Positions 1 to 10,173 of a stretch of DNA of 64,000 nucleotides are shown piece after piece. The stretch is from positions 1-64,000 of the IMG/VR virus record IMGVR_UViG_3300013132_002633; one strand, written 5' to 3'. The translations under genes were made by a program, and so were the position numbers. The first letter of the stretch is position 1, and every line of letters starts with the position of its first letter. The stretch comes from a virus. Below the pieces are notes generated by a model. That model made no database searches, was not told where the DNA came from, and worked only from the letters and a program-made list of their open reading frames with translations.

Positions 1-1
1 A

Positions 2-1647
2 ACGTCAACTATTATAACCAATACGGTTGGTAGTAGAAACAATGCATTTGGTGGAAGTTCATTAAGAAACAATACAACCGACAACAATAATGCTTTTGGT
101 TATTTGGCATTGGCTAGTAATACGACTGGCAATGGAAATAGCGCGTTTGGTCATCAATCTTTATCAAGTAATACTACAGGTAATAGAAACAGTGCATTTG
201 GATATATTGCACTAAACTTTAATGTAAGTGGTATACAAAATTGTGCATTTGGTAATAGAGCATTAAGAAGTAGTGTTGGTGGTACCGCGAACAATGCATT
301 TGGGTATTCTGCTTTGGCTAATAATATCACGGGCAACAGAAACAATGCTTTTGGTTTATTTGCATTGGTAAATTCTATTTCGGGCATAAATAATAATGCA
401 TTTGGCCATTATGCACTTTTAAGTAATATCACAAATAATAATAATGCATTTGGTTATTTCTCATTAAGAAACAATACAGTTGGTATTAGAAATACTGCAT
501 TTGGTCATCAAAGTTTACGTGCTAATACTATAAGTAGCAGTAATAGTGCATTTGGTTATCAATCGCTGGTAACCAACACTGGAAGAAATAACAGTGCTTT
601 TGGTGATAGAACATTGACTGCAAATACCAGTGGTCGATTTAATTCAGCATTTGGATACAGAACATTGACTGCAAATACATTTGGTATATACAATACAGCA
701 TTTGGTGCCAACGCGTTGTTAGCTAATACTACAGGCGACAGTAATACTGCGATTGGATTAAATACGATGTTGAGTAATACAACAGGTATAAGAAATGTAG
801 CCGTTGGAATGCAATCATTGGGTACATTAGTTACAAATAATGGTAATTGTGCATTTGGGTATCGTAGTTTAATAGCATGTTGGGTAGCCAAGCCTCTGCA
901 ATTGGAAATAAAACTCTGTATAATAATTCTACAAGTCCAAACTGTGCGTTTAGTGCATTTTCATTATTTGCCAACACTACAGGTGCTGGAAATTGTTCAT
1001 TTGGATATAGATCACTTCAATCAAATACCACTGGCAATGGCAACAGTGCGTTTGGCCATAGAGCATTGCACAGCAATACCACTGGATTTGCAAATACAGC
1101 ATTTGGAAGTGGTAGTTTAAGTAGTGTTACTACAGGAAATTCTCTTACTGCACTTGGTTCTAATGCGGGTAGAACATTAACCACTGGTACAAATACTACG
1201 GCAATAGGTGCTAATGCACAGGCTAGTGGTACAGGTGCTACAAACGAATTTACATTGGGCAATAACGTTAGCACATTAAGATGTCACGTTAATACAATAA
1301 CTTTAATATCTGATGGTCGTGACAAAACTGATATAAAAGATTTGAATTTAGGATTAAATATAATAGATCAGGTGCGACCTGTAACATTTAGATGGGATAA
1401 ACGTGAATGGTATGAAAATGGCATCAAGGATGGTAGCAGAGCTGATACAAACATCAAGGTTGGATTTATAGCTCAGGAATTATTGCAAATGATGCAGAAT
1501 AATACATGTGAATACCTGGAACTTGTATATAACATTAATCCAGAAAAACTAGAAGCTACTCCATTAAATTTGTTTGTGCCTCTTGTAAAGGCAGTACAGG
1601 AATTACATGCTAAAGTCAAGCTCTTAGAAAATAAAATAAATAAATAA
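2..1647 (+). CDS. Tail fibre/spike with ~14-aa repeats and C-terminal peptidase S74 intramolecular chaperone; 5'-truncated, with a -1 frameshift near 868-880
   Basis: Frame open from position 2 with many N(S/T/N)AFGxxxLxxNTTG repeats; repeats continue in ORF 877..1647, which ends in SDGRDKTDI...RPVTFRW...GFIAQE...LVKAVQEL. Confidence 0.85.
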
Positions 1648-1648
1648 T

Positions 1649-1677
1649 TTGACTTTTAGCTTTATAGAAAGTATAAG
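1649..1677 (+). promoter_or_regulatory. Sigma70-type promoter
   Basis: TTGACT-17 bp-TATAAG in intergenic DNA. Confidence 0.5.
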
Positions 1678-1807
1678 TAAAAGCAAGCGCTTTGTTAAAC
1701 TAAATGTATATGATTGAATATAAATTATAATTAATGCTTATATAATAAGCGCATAAAGCACATGTACTTTTTTTAAAAACAACAGTGAATTTATCTATTT
1801 ATATGTT

Positions 1808-2983
1808 ATGACTGATACGGTATACAAAATATATTTGGATATGGATGGTGTAATATGTGATTGGGAATCACAATTCAAGAAGTATAGTGGTGGTATACCT
1901 GTTTCACAGTATGAAAACCATTATGGCAAAACTAATAGATATTATTTTGTGCGTAAAAGTAGTCCTGATTTTTATTCTACCATGCCTTATATGCCGGATG
2001 CGGAGGTATTGCTGAATTATATTAATAAATTTCCAGTTGAAATACTAAGTCATGCCACTGATGAATATGCTTCTGAAGGTAAACTAGCTTGGTTGCAAAA
2101 TAATAAAATAAACTACAATCCCATATTGGTGAACAATTCCAGCGATAAAGCTAATTTTGCAATGCCAAATACAATATTGATTGATGATAAGCCTGAAAAT
2201 ATAAAGTCATTTATAGATGCTGGCGGTATAGGCATTTTACATAAATCCGCAAATGAAACAATTGCGCAATTACAAAATCTTCAGAAATCATATATCAAGG
2301 AAGAATTATACAGATTATATAATAGCGTTTTAAATCCAAATATTTGGAATTCAGACGATTCTATAAAAGATGATGTGTCAGCCGCATTGATTTCCATAGC
2401 TAAATCCTTTTATAAGGATACGAAATTAAAATCTCCTATAGAGGATATATACTTAATAGGAAGCGCAGCTGCTTATAATTGGACACCTACCAGCGATTTG
2501 GATTTACATATAGTTGTAGATTTTAATAAAATAAATAAAGACAAAGAACTGGTTACTGCATATGCAAATTTATTAAAAACCAAGTGGAACAATGATCATG
2601 ATGTTATAGTAGCAAATCATCCAGTTGAAGTTTATTTACAAGATATTAATCATAAAAGCAATAGTTTAGGAATATATAGTTTAAAAAATAAAACATGGAT
2701 TAAAAAACCTGAGTATAAAGTTCCTAACATTGACAAAGAAACTATTAAAAAGAAATATAAAGAATTGTCGATGATTCTTGATAAAAGCATTAAAAATTCC
2801 GACGGTAAAAAACTTAAAAAATTAATTAAAAAACTATATGATTACAGACAGTCCGGCTTAGATAAAAATGGCGAATTCAGTACTGAAAATATTGTGTTTA
2901 AACTTTTAAGAAACACCGGTCATATAGATAAATTAAAAACAGCAGTTAATATCATAACCGATAAAGATTTAAGCAAATTATAA
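1808..2983 (+). CDS. Fusion: HAD 5'(3')-deoxyribonucleotidase-like domain + Pol-beta-superfamily nucleotidyltransferase
   Basis: N-terminal YLDMDGV and ILIDDKPEN HAD motifs; C-terminal LIGS...SDLDLH...VEVY NTase motifs. Confidence 0.75.
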   Translation: MTDTVYKIYLDMDGVICDWESQFKKYSGGIPVSQYENHYGKTNRYYFVRKSSPDFYSTMPYMPDAEVLLNYINKFPVEILSHATDEYASEGKLAWLQNNKINYNPILVNNSSDKANFAMPNTILIDDKPENIKSFIDAGGIGILHKSANETIAQLQNLQKSYIKEELYRLYNSVLNPNIWNSDDSIKDDVSAALISIAKSFYKDTKLKSPIEDIYLIGSAAAYNWTPTSDLDLHIVVDFNKINKDKELVTAYANLLKTKWNNDHDVIVANHPVEVYLQDINHKSNSLGIYSLKNKTWIKKPEYKVPNIDKETIKKKYKELSMILDKSIKNSDGKKLKKLIKKLYDYRQSGLDKNGEFSTENIVFKLLRNTGHIDKLKTAVNIITDKDLSKL

Positions 2984-3046
2984 AAAACTTAATATAGATT
3001 TTATTTTTTGATATATTTATATCTAGAAACATCATAAGGTAAAAAT

Positions 3047-3538
3047 ATGGCAGAACTACTGAATCCAAACGAAATTTTTAGTACGAATTTTGAACCCAAA
3101 ACCAAAAATAGGTTCATACTTTACGTTGACGGTATTCCGTCGTTTATCATTAAAAAAACTGACCGTCCAAAATTACAACAAAGCGCTAAAGAACTTGACC
3201 ACATCAACATCAGAACCTTCTACAAAGGTAAAAGTATTTGGCAACCGATCTCTATGGAATTGTACGATCCAATAGTTCCAAGTGGCGCACAAGCAGTTAT
3301 GGAGTGGGTGAGACTACACCACGAAAGCGTAACTGGTCGTGATGGTTATCAAGATTTCTACAAAAAAGATCTTACTATAAATGTACTCGGACCTGTAGGT
3401 GATAAAATAGAAGAATGGAGTTTGCGTGGATGTTTCATCACTGATGCAAGTTTTGGTGATATGGATTGGAGCGACGATGGCGCACCGGTTACGATTAGTC
3501 TTACCGTGCAAATGGACTATTGTGTGCTTCAATATTAA
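3047..3538 (+). CDS. Tail tube protein (T4 gp19-like)
   Basis: 163 aa; NRFILY, KGKSIWQPISMELYDP, YKKDLTINVLGPVGDKIEEWSLRGCF, LTVQMDY. Confidence 0.85.
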   Translation: MAELLNPNEIFSTNFEPKTKNRFILYVDGIPSFIIKKTDRPKLQQSAKELDHINIRTFYKGKSIWQPISMELYDPIVPSGAQAVMEWVRLHHESVTGRDGYQDFYKKDLTINVLGPVGDKIEEWSLRGCFITDASFGDMDWSDDGAPVTISLTVQMDYCVLQY

Positions 3539-3597
3539 CATTACATTCTGATTATAGTATTCTGAATACACTATAATCAAAATTAAAAGTTCTCGAC

Positions 3598-3628
3598 ATC
3601 TCTCACTAAAAATAGTGGGAGATTTTTT
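3598..3628 (+). terminator. Rho-independent terminator
   Basis: ATCTCTCACTA-aaaa-TAGTGGGAGAT followed by T run. Confidence 0.75.
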
Positions 3629-3681
3629 ATATTGACATAATATATATCTTGCACAATACTTATTCATGTAACTGTTACATC

Positions 3682-5622
3682 ATGAACAAAGATGAAATAT
3701 TAAATATTATAAACAACCACTGTGATTGTTATACTCAAATTATAAAGTCCAAACATCGTAATTTTTACGATGAAGTGTGCAACCGATATAGTGGAGATAA
3801 GTTTGGTGAAAAGTTGTACCGCTATTTATATAACGACGACGATAAGCTTGGATTGTGTAAAAATTGTGGGGAACGTACAAAATTCAAAAGTGTTATAATT
3901 GGATATACAACATATTGTTGTAAGCGGTGTAGCAACGAACACAATAGAAGCAAAATAATTGAATCTAGAAAATTAAGCACTACAAATAATAAACACAAAT
4001 ATTTTGCAATTAAAAATTGTGTCAACTGCAATAAACAATTTGAATCGTATAAATTTAGAAATCAGAGATATTGCAGTGTAGAATGTAGTGCTGTGTCAAC
4101 GGGTGGTGATATAAACAGAATAGCTAAAATAAAGAATACAAAATTTAAAAAATATGGAGATTCAAATTACGTTAACGTTAATAAAGCTAGAAAAACATGT
4201 TTAAGTCGATATGGTGTGGATAATATATTTAAATTTCGTGAGATAAAAAATTTAATCAAAGAGATTAATTTGCAAAAATATGGGGTCGAACACACATTTC
4301 AATCCGATGAAATAAAAGACAAAATAAAACAAACCAATTTATTTAAATACGGCGTTAATAATCCAAGTAAATCATATGAAGTAAAAGATAAAATAAAGAA
4401 GACTGTCAATGACAAATATGGTGTTGATAATATTTTTAAACATAAAGAGACGATGGAGAAGGTGTATGCTGAAAATATTAAAAAATATGGAAAAAAGATA
4501 CCTGTAAATGCGGATGAATTGAAGTCTTTAATGATCAAAAGGTTGAGAGAAACTTTATATGGAGTTGTGGTGGAAAGGTTAAACATCAAGAGTGAGTGCG
4601 TGCCGTTATTTAATATTGATGAATATATCAACACGGACAAACAAAACAAATATAAATTTCAGTGTAAGAAGTGTAATGACATATTTTTGGATCATATTGA
4701 CGGCGGACATTTACCTAGATGTTTAAAATGTAATCCGTACATTGCTGGATTTAGTTTACACGAAAAAGAAATTGTTGACTATATTAAATCTATAATTAAC
4801 GATGATGTTATTGAAAACAACAGAGAAGTATTGAATGGACTGGAATTGGATGTATATATACCCTCTAAAAATATTGCGATTGAATATGATGGATTATATT
4901 GGCATGGCGAAAAAGGCGGTGGTAAAAACAAACAATATCATCTAAACAAAACAGAATTATGTAAATTGAAAAATATACAATTAATTCATATATTTGAAAA
5001 TGAATGGACACATAACCGTGATGTCGTTAAATCAAAACTAAAACACATATTAAGTCAGAACTGTGAAACGCCTATATATGCTAGAAATTGTGAAATACGT
5101 GAATCGACGGATGTTGATGAATTTTTAAAACAAAATCATATACAAGGAAATTGTCCATCTCAAGTTAAATTAGGCGCCTATAATAACAACAATTTGGTGG
5201 CGGTCATGACATTTGGTAAAAGAAGAGTTGCACTTGGAACTAAATCTACTAATGCAAGTGAATACGAATTGTTACGATTCGCAACGTCACATCGTGTAAC
5301 AGGCATTGCTAGTAAATTATTACAATGTTTTATAAAAAAATATCATCCGACAAAGATTGTTACTTATGCTGACAGAAGATATAGTGTGGGGAATTTATAT
5401 AAAAAAATTGGGTTTGTTGAAGTAGGTGTAACACAGCCAAATTATTGGTATTTTATTGACGGTGGAAACAGATTATGGCACAGATACAACTTCAGAAAGG
5501 ATCAATTATCAAAAAAGATTGCTAGATTTGATGATAAGCTAACTGAGTGGGAAAACATGAAAAACAATGGATATGATAGAATATGGGATTGTGGAAATAT
5601 AAAATACGAATGGAATAAGTAA
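3682..5622 (+). CDS. Free-standing homing-endonuclease-like protein (Zn fingers, KYGVDN repeats, PD-(D/E)XK/Vsr-like nuclease, C-terminal GNAT-like domain)
   Basis: CxxC clusters, repeated (K/R)YGV(D/E)N, ELDVYIP..IAIEYDGLYWH..IFENEW, then NHIQG...YELLRFAT...TYADRRYS.GNLY; ATG 3682 preferred over TTG 3649. Confidence 0.75.
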   Translation: MNKDEILNIINNHCDCYTQIIKSKHRNFYDEVCNRYSGDKFGEKLYRYLYNDDDKLGLCKNCGERTKFKSVIIGYTTYCCKRCSNEHNRSKIIESRKLSTTNNKHKYFAIKNCVNCNKQFESYKFRNQRYCSVECSAVSTGGDINRIAKIKNTKFKKYGDSNYVNVNKARKTCLSRYGVDNIFKFREIKNLIKEINLQKYGVEHTFQSDEIKDKIKQTNLFKYGVNNPSKSYEVKDKIKKTVNDKYGVDNIFKHKETMEKVYAENIKKYGKKIPVNADELKSLMIKRLRETLYGVVVERLNIKSECVPLFNIDEYINTDKQNKYKFQCKKCNDIFLDHIDGGHLPRCLKCNPYIAGFSLHEKEIVDYIKSIINDDVIENNREVLNGLELDVYIPSKNIAIEYDGLYWHGEKGGGKNKQYHLNKTELCKLKNIQLIHIFENEWTHNRDVVKSKLKHILSQNCETPIYARNCEIRESTDVDEFLKQNHIQGNCPSQVKLGAYNNNNLVAVMTFGKRRVALGTKSTNASEYELLRFATSHRVTGIASKLLQCFIKKYHPTKIVTYADRRYSVGNLYKKIGFVEVGVTQPNYWYFIDGGNRLWHRYNFRKDQLSKKIARFDDKLTEWENMKNNGYDRIWDCGNIKYEWNK

Positions 5623-5644
5623 ACTGACGTATATTTATTAACAT

Positions 5645-6556
5645 ATGCAATTAGGCAAAAAAATATTTGTAATTTTCGCAGGAAGATTTCATCCATTTCA
5701 CAAAGGGCACAAGGGTGTATTTGATTATTTAAGTACAAAATACAGCGGTAATGATGTATATATTACAACAACTGATAAAGTTGAATTACCTAAAAGTCCG
5801 TTTACGTTTGATGAAAAGCGTAAAATGATGATGTTAACTGGTGTTCCATTGAACAAAATAATTCAAGTTCGTCAAAATTACAACTTATCGGATATACAGA
5901 GTAAAATTCCGATTGATATTAACCGTGATAGTATCATATTTGCTGTAAGTGAAAAAGATATGGCTGAAGATCCAAGATTCAGCAAATTCACTAAAAAGGA
6001 TGGATCGCCATCTTATTTACAGCCAATTCCTAAGAATTTAACCAAGTTGCAACCAGCTATAACTCACGGATATATTGACACTGTACCAACAACAGATTTT
6101 ACAGTGTTGGGTATGCCGGCTAGAAGTGCAAGTCAGTTGAGATCACAATATGCGACTTTAAATAACCAGCAAAGAAAGTTATTTATCGGAGATTTGTTTG
6201 GAAAGTATGATGATGATGTATATAACATAATGAACAACAAGTTATTGTCTGGTGGTTCTGGTGGTCAACTTACTGAAATGCAAAAGAAAGCATTAAAGAA
6301 ATTGATTGTGAAGGTAATCAGAGAGGATCAGTCGAGAGTGGATGCGGCTCGTAGAAATGCAAATTTAGCATTTAAAAAGCAACGAGAAGAAGAGTTAAGA
6401 TTTTCTAGGGAAAAGTTATCAAATGCGGAGGATAGACTAAAAAGTGCGACTGATGATGAACGAAACAATGCTGAAAAAGAAGTAGAAAATGCTAAAAATG
6501 ATGTAAGAAGTAAAGAGGAATTATATAAAGCTGCTACGTTGCAAGCAAAAACTTAA
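5645..6556 (+). CDS. Cytidylyltransferase-like (HxGH) protein with charged C-terminal coiled coil
   Basis: GRFHPFHKGH motif; SASQLR motif. Confidence 0.7.
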   Translation: MQLGKKIFVIFAGRFHPFHKGHKGVFDYLSTKYSGNDVYITTTDKVELPKSPFTFDEKRKMMMLTGVPLNKIIQVRQNYNLSDIQSKIPIDINRDSIIFAVSEKDMAEDPRFSKFTKKDGSPSYLQPIPKNLTKLQPAITHGYIDTVPTTDFTVLGMPARSASQLRSQYATLNNQQRKLFIGDLFGKYDDDVYNIMNNKLLSGGSGGQLTEMQKKALKKLIVKVIREDQSRVDAARRNANLAFKKQREEELRFSREKLSNAEDRLKSATDDERNNAEKEVENAKNDVRSKEELYKAATLQAKT

Positions 6557-6604
6557 TATAATTAATTAAAATTTTGATTTACATCTATATATTGTTATAA
6601 AGTT

Positions 6605-7411
6605 ATGAACGACGAAATTATAATCACTAAGTCAACAACACAAAAACAAAAAACAACATTTGCTACGGAGATTATTGATCTACCAAGTCAAGGCAAATAC
6701 TATTCAACTGACAATCCCCTATCAAAAGGTCATGTTGAGATGAAACACATGACTGCTAAAGAGGAAGATATTTTAACCAGTCCAAATCTTTTAAAAAAAG
6801 GATTAGCTATTGAAAAATTGCTTGAATCACTTATTGTTGATAAAAATGTTGATGTTAACAAATTGTTGAGCGGTGATAAAAATTCGTTGATTTTTGCTTG
6901 TAGACGATTGGCATATGGTGATAACTACGGTCCTGTAGAAGTTACCTGTACAAAATGTTCAACAAAGTCGCAGGTAAACATAGATTTAGGAAATTTAACT
7001 AATAAAGAAATAGATCCCAGTATATCTTCTACTCCAAACGGAGAATTTGAATATACACTACCAATTAACAAATCTGTAGTTACGTTTAGATTATTAACAT
7101 CCGGCGATGAAAAGATGATTGAAAAAGAAATTCAATCTATGTCTAAAATCAAAAAAGATGTTTCTAGTGAAATTACCAGTAGATTAAAAAATATGGTAAC
7201 GAGTGTAAACGGTGAAACTGATAAAGCTAAGGTTAAAGAATTTATTGATAATATGTTGTCTAGAGATGCCTTTTCTTTGAGACAATATATCAAGTCTGTA
7301 ACTCCTGACATTGACAGTACATTTAATTTTTCTTGTGAATCGTGTGGAAACGAGGAAAGGATCGGTGTGCCAGTAACGGCACAGTTTTTTTGGCCTGACA
7401 GCGGAGTATAA
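6605..7411 (+). CDS. Baseplate hub / tail assembly chaperone (T4 gp26-like)
   Basis: DLPSQG..Y, MTAKEEDIL, two CxxC, C-terminal FFWPD; lies before tape measure. Confidence 0.75.
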   Translation: MNDEIIITKSTTQKQKTTFATEIIDLPSQGKYYSTDNPLSKGHVEMKHMTAKEEDILTSPNLLKKGLAIEKLLESLIVDKNVDVNKLLSGDKNSLIFACRRLAYGDNYGPVEVTCTKCSTKSQVNIDLGNLTNKEIDPSISSTPNGEFEYTLPINKSVVTFRLLTSGDEKMIEKEIQSMSKIKKDVSSEITSRLKNMVTSVNGETDKAKVKEFIDNMLSRDAFSLRQYIKSVTPDIDSTFNFSCESCGNEERIGVPVTAQFFWPDSGV

Positions 7412-7616
7412 GTTAAACATTCAAGAAGTAATATTTGATTTGTGTTATTATGGTGGAGGAGGATTTACACCTGATGTTGTATATTCACTGCCTGTATACC
7501 TAAGAAATTTCTATTATAGAAAATTGGTTGAGGCTAAAACAAAAGAAAACGACGATGTACGAAAGTCTCAAAAATCAAATAAGTCTAACAAAATAGATAG
7601 ACCTAATATAAGATAA
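7392..7616 (+). CDS. Start-less 74-codon frame, probable frameshift extension of the tail assembly chaperone
   Basis: GLTAEYKLNIQEVIFDLCYYGGGGFTPDVVYSLPVYLRNFYYRKLVE...; no ATG; begins right after T7 run 7385-7391. Confidence 0.7.
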   Translation, partial: GLTAEYKLNIQEVIFDLCYYGGGGFTPDVVYSLPVYLRNFYYRKLVEAKTKENDDVRKSQKSNKSNKIDRPNIR

Positions 7617-7653
7617 ACAGATATTTATAATTATAACAATATTATAATTATAT

Positions 7654-10152
7654 ATGGCTGATAGTAAACTCACACCTCAAGATCTTGAATCGTTAAGTGA
7701 ATTTTTACGATTACAAGAAAAGTTAAGAGCTGAAACAAAAGAATATTCTGAGTCTTGGTCAGATGTGCAACGTAAAATTGTAGCTAGCATAAATCCTGTC
7801 ACCAATTTGCAAAAAAAGATAAACAAATTAAGTGAAGAAAGAATAAAAATTGAAGGAAAATTGAAAGATTTAGAACAGTATAAAACGATTATACACGACG
7901 ACGTTTATAAAGAGATACAGAAATCTTATATACAAGAGTTAAAAAATAACACCCAAAAACAAAAATCTTTAGAGAAACAAAACTCAATGCATCTATTGAT
8001 ATATGATACCGTTAAAAAAATGGTAGAATTGTATAATCAATATGATAAACTGTTATCAGATAACGCTAAACTACAAGGTACTAATAAAGATGAAATAGAT
8101 GCACAGTATAGTGCTATACAAAAAATAAATAAATCAACTGATGTAAACAGACTTTCTAATCAAGAAATATTAGCAACTATAACCGAAATAAGAAAAGAAT
8201 ATTCTGCTATTGCCGGAGAAGCTCTCGTAAAAATTGCAGATGGATCCGCGGCAATTGCGAGATCAACTGGATTGAGTGTTACAGAATCTTCTAAATTCTT
8301 TCAAACTATGGCTGAAATTGCTGGCGCCAGTTTACAGTCTCAAAAGAACATGGAAGGTGTTGCTAATCTTGCTGCAAAAGCCGCTGGAGTACCGCTTGGA
8401 GTTGTAATAAAAGATGTAGCAAATGCGAGTGCTAATGTTAGATTGATTTTTAAAGGAAACACCACTGAATTAATAAAACAAGCAGCTGAGTTAAGAAAAA
8501 TTGGAAGTAGTTTGGATTCAGCTGCAAAATCAGCAGAATCATTATTGAATTTTGAATCTTCGGTTGGTGCTGAGTTAAAAGCAAGTGCTTTACTTGGTAA
8601 AAATGTAAATTTCAATGAATCTCGTAGATTGTTTTTCGCCGGTAAAACAGCAGAAGCTGAAAAAGCTTTACAAACTGAATTGCGAAAAGTAGGCGACTTA
8701 GATAAACTAAAATATTTCCAAAAGAAAGCATTGGCTGAACTCACCGGTAAGGATTTTAGTGAGTTGCAAAAAATGGAAACAACCCGAAAGAGTTTGCTTG
8801 AAGCTGAACAAGAATTTCCAGAATTAGCACAACAAAGAAGAGATGCTGAGGCTGAATTTGCAAAATATCAAAAAAGTGCAAGTGAAAAAAGAAAAGAAGA
8901 ATTAGCAACATTGTTGAAAAAACAAGTTGCTGAAACTCAATCTAAACAATTAGAAGAAGCCCGTGCAGAAGCATTAAATAATATTGGTAAGATATTAAAA
9001 CCTGTGGGAGATATAATAACAAAAATACAATTATTGATATTAAGATTTATAGGCGGTATAACGAATTTTAGTGATAATTGGGGAAAAATAACGGTTGCGG
9101 TCGTCGCCGGTGCTATATCAATATACGGTGCATTTAAACTATTAAAATCTGGATTAACCGGATTATTAGAATTTGCTGCTAAAGGATTAGATAAGTTAGG
9201 AGAATCTCTTGGTTCAGGTATAGGAAAAGGATTAAAACAATTAGGTGGTGGTATAAGATCCATGGCAAATTCATTAGACAAGGTTAAACCTGCTCAAATA
9301 GTAAAAATGGCAGTAATACTTGGTATAATAACATTGGCGGTGTTTGGTCTAGCTAAAGCCTTTAGTATGTTAAAAGATGTTAGTGGCGAACAAATGATGG
9401 CATTTACAGCTTCGTTGGTTATATTAGGAGCTACATTATTAATATTTGGAGCCGCTCTAATATTTCCTCCACTTCAACTTGGTTTCATCTTATTTGCTGC
9501 TGGAATGTTAGCAATTGGTTTGGCTGCTATGGAATTTGGGTTCGCTATGAAAATGGCGGGGCCAGCTGTAGAATCTATAGGCGAAACATTAACGTCGTTA
9601 GCTGACACAATAGGTGGAGTAATTGTAAAAGCATTTGACACGATGTTGTCGGTCTTTACGGCACTACCAGAGGTCATTGCTAGTGTAGCAGTTGGATTGG
9701 TTACAATTGCAAATATTGGATTTTTTAAATTGTCCAGAGCCGCGGCCGGTATAGCTGCATTATCACTTTCTATCAAATCGTTAGGTGAAAATCTGGTGAA
9801 TTTACAAGTAGATAGATTTGCTGGTTTAGTATCGCAAGTAATGATGTTAAGTGAATCTGCTGAAGGTCTGGCATTTGCGGTAAATTCGTTAAAAGAACTA
9901 TCTGGAATAGAGTTGCCTAAATTAGACATGGATCTCAATGGATCTGAAAATTTACTTAAAATGTCAGAGTTAAAAGAAAAGCAAACAAATGAGTTGAAAA
10001 CAGGAATGGATGAAGTGGTCAAAAAACTAGATACACTCACATCATTAATGGCTAACGGTGGTATTGCTGTAAATATTGATGGTCAATTGGTATCAAGACA
10101 ACTAGCAACGACGAGATATCGATCTGGAGGATTTGCGCAAGCAACATCTTGA
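7654..10152 (+). CDS. Tape measure protein
   Basis: 832 aa, helical A/L/K-rich, hydrophobic G/A-rich C-terminal segments, position after chaperone. Confidence 0.8.
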   Translation: MADSKLTPQDLESLSEFLRLQEKLRAETKEYSESWSDVQRKIVASINPVTNLQKKINKLSEERIKIEGKLKDLEQYKTIIHDDVYKEIQKSYIQELKNNTQKQKSLEKQNSMHLLIYDTVKKMVELYNQYDKLLSDNAKLQGTNKDEIDAQYSAIQKINKSTDVNRLSNQEILATITEIRKEYSAIAGEALVKIADGSAAIARSTGLSVTESSKFFQTMAEIAGASLQSQKNMEGVANLAAKAAGVPLGVVIKDVANASANVRLIFKGNTTELIKQAAELRKIGSSLDSAAKSAESLLNFESSVGAELKASALLGKNVNFNESRRLFFAGKTAEAEKALQTELRKVGDLDKLKYFQKKALAELTGKDFSELQKMETTRKSLLEAEQEFPELAQQRRDAEAEFAKYQKSASEKRKEELATLLKKQVAETQSKQLEEARAEALNNIGKILKPVGDIITKIQLLILRFIGGITNFSDNWGKITVAVVAGAISIYGAFKLLKSGLTGLLEFAAKGLDKLGESLGSGIGKGLKQLGGGIRSMANSLDKVKPAQIVKMAVILGIITLAVFGLAKAFSMLKDVSGEQMMAFTASLVILGATLLIFGAALIFPPLQLGFILFAAGMLAIGLAAMEFGFAMKMAGPAVESIGETLTSLADTIGGVIVKAFDTMLSVFTALPEVIASVAVGLVTIANIGFFKLSRAAAGIAALSLSIKSLGENLVNLQVDRFAGLVSQVMMLSESAEGLAFAVNSLKELSGIELPKLDMDLNGSENLLKMSELKEKQTNELKTGMDEVVKKLDTLTSLMANGGIAVNIDGQLVSRQLATTRYRSGGFAQATS

Positions 10153-10173
10153 TTTTAATACTATTTATAATTA

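Noticed and set aside
2-1260. Tail-fibre repeats as CRISPR array or DGR
   Set aside because: Degenerate in-frame protein repeats; no reverse transcriptase or template/variable repeat pair seen
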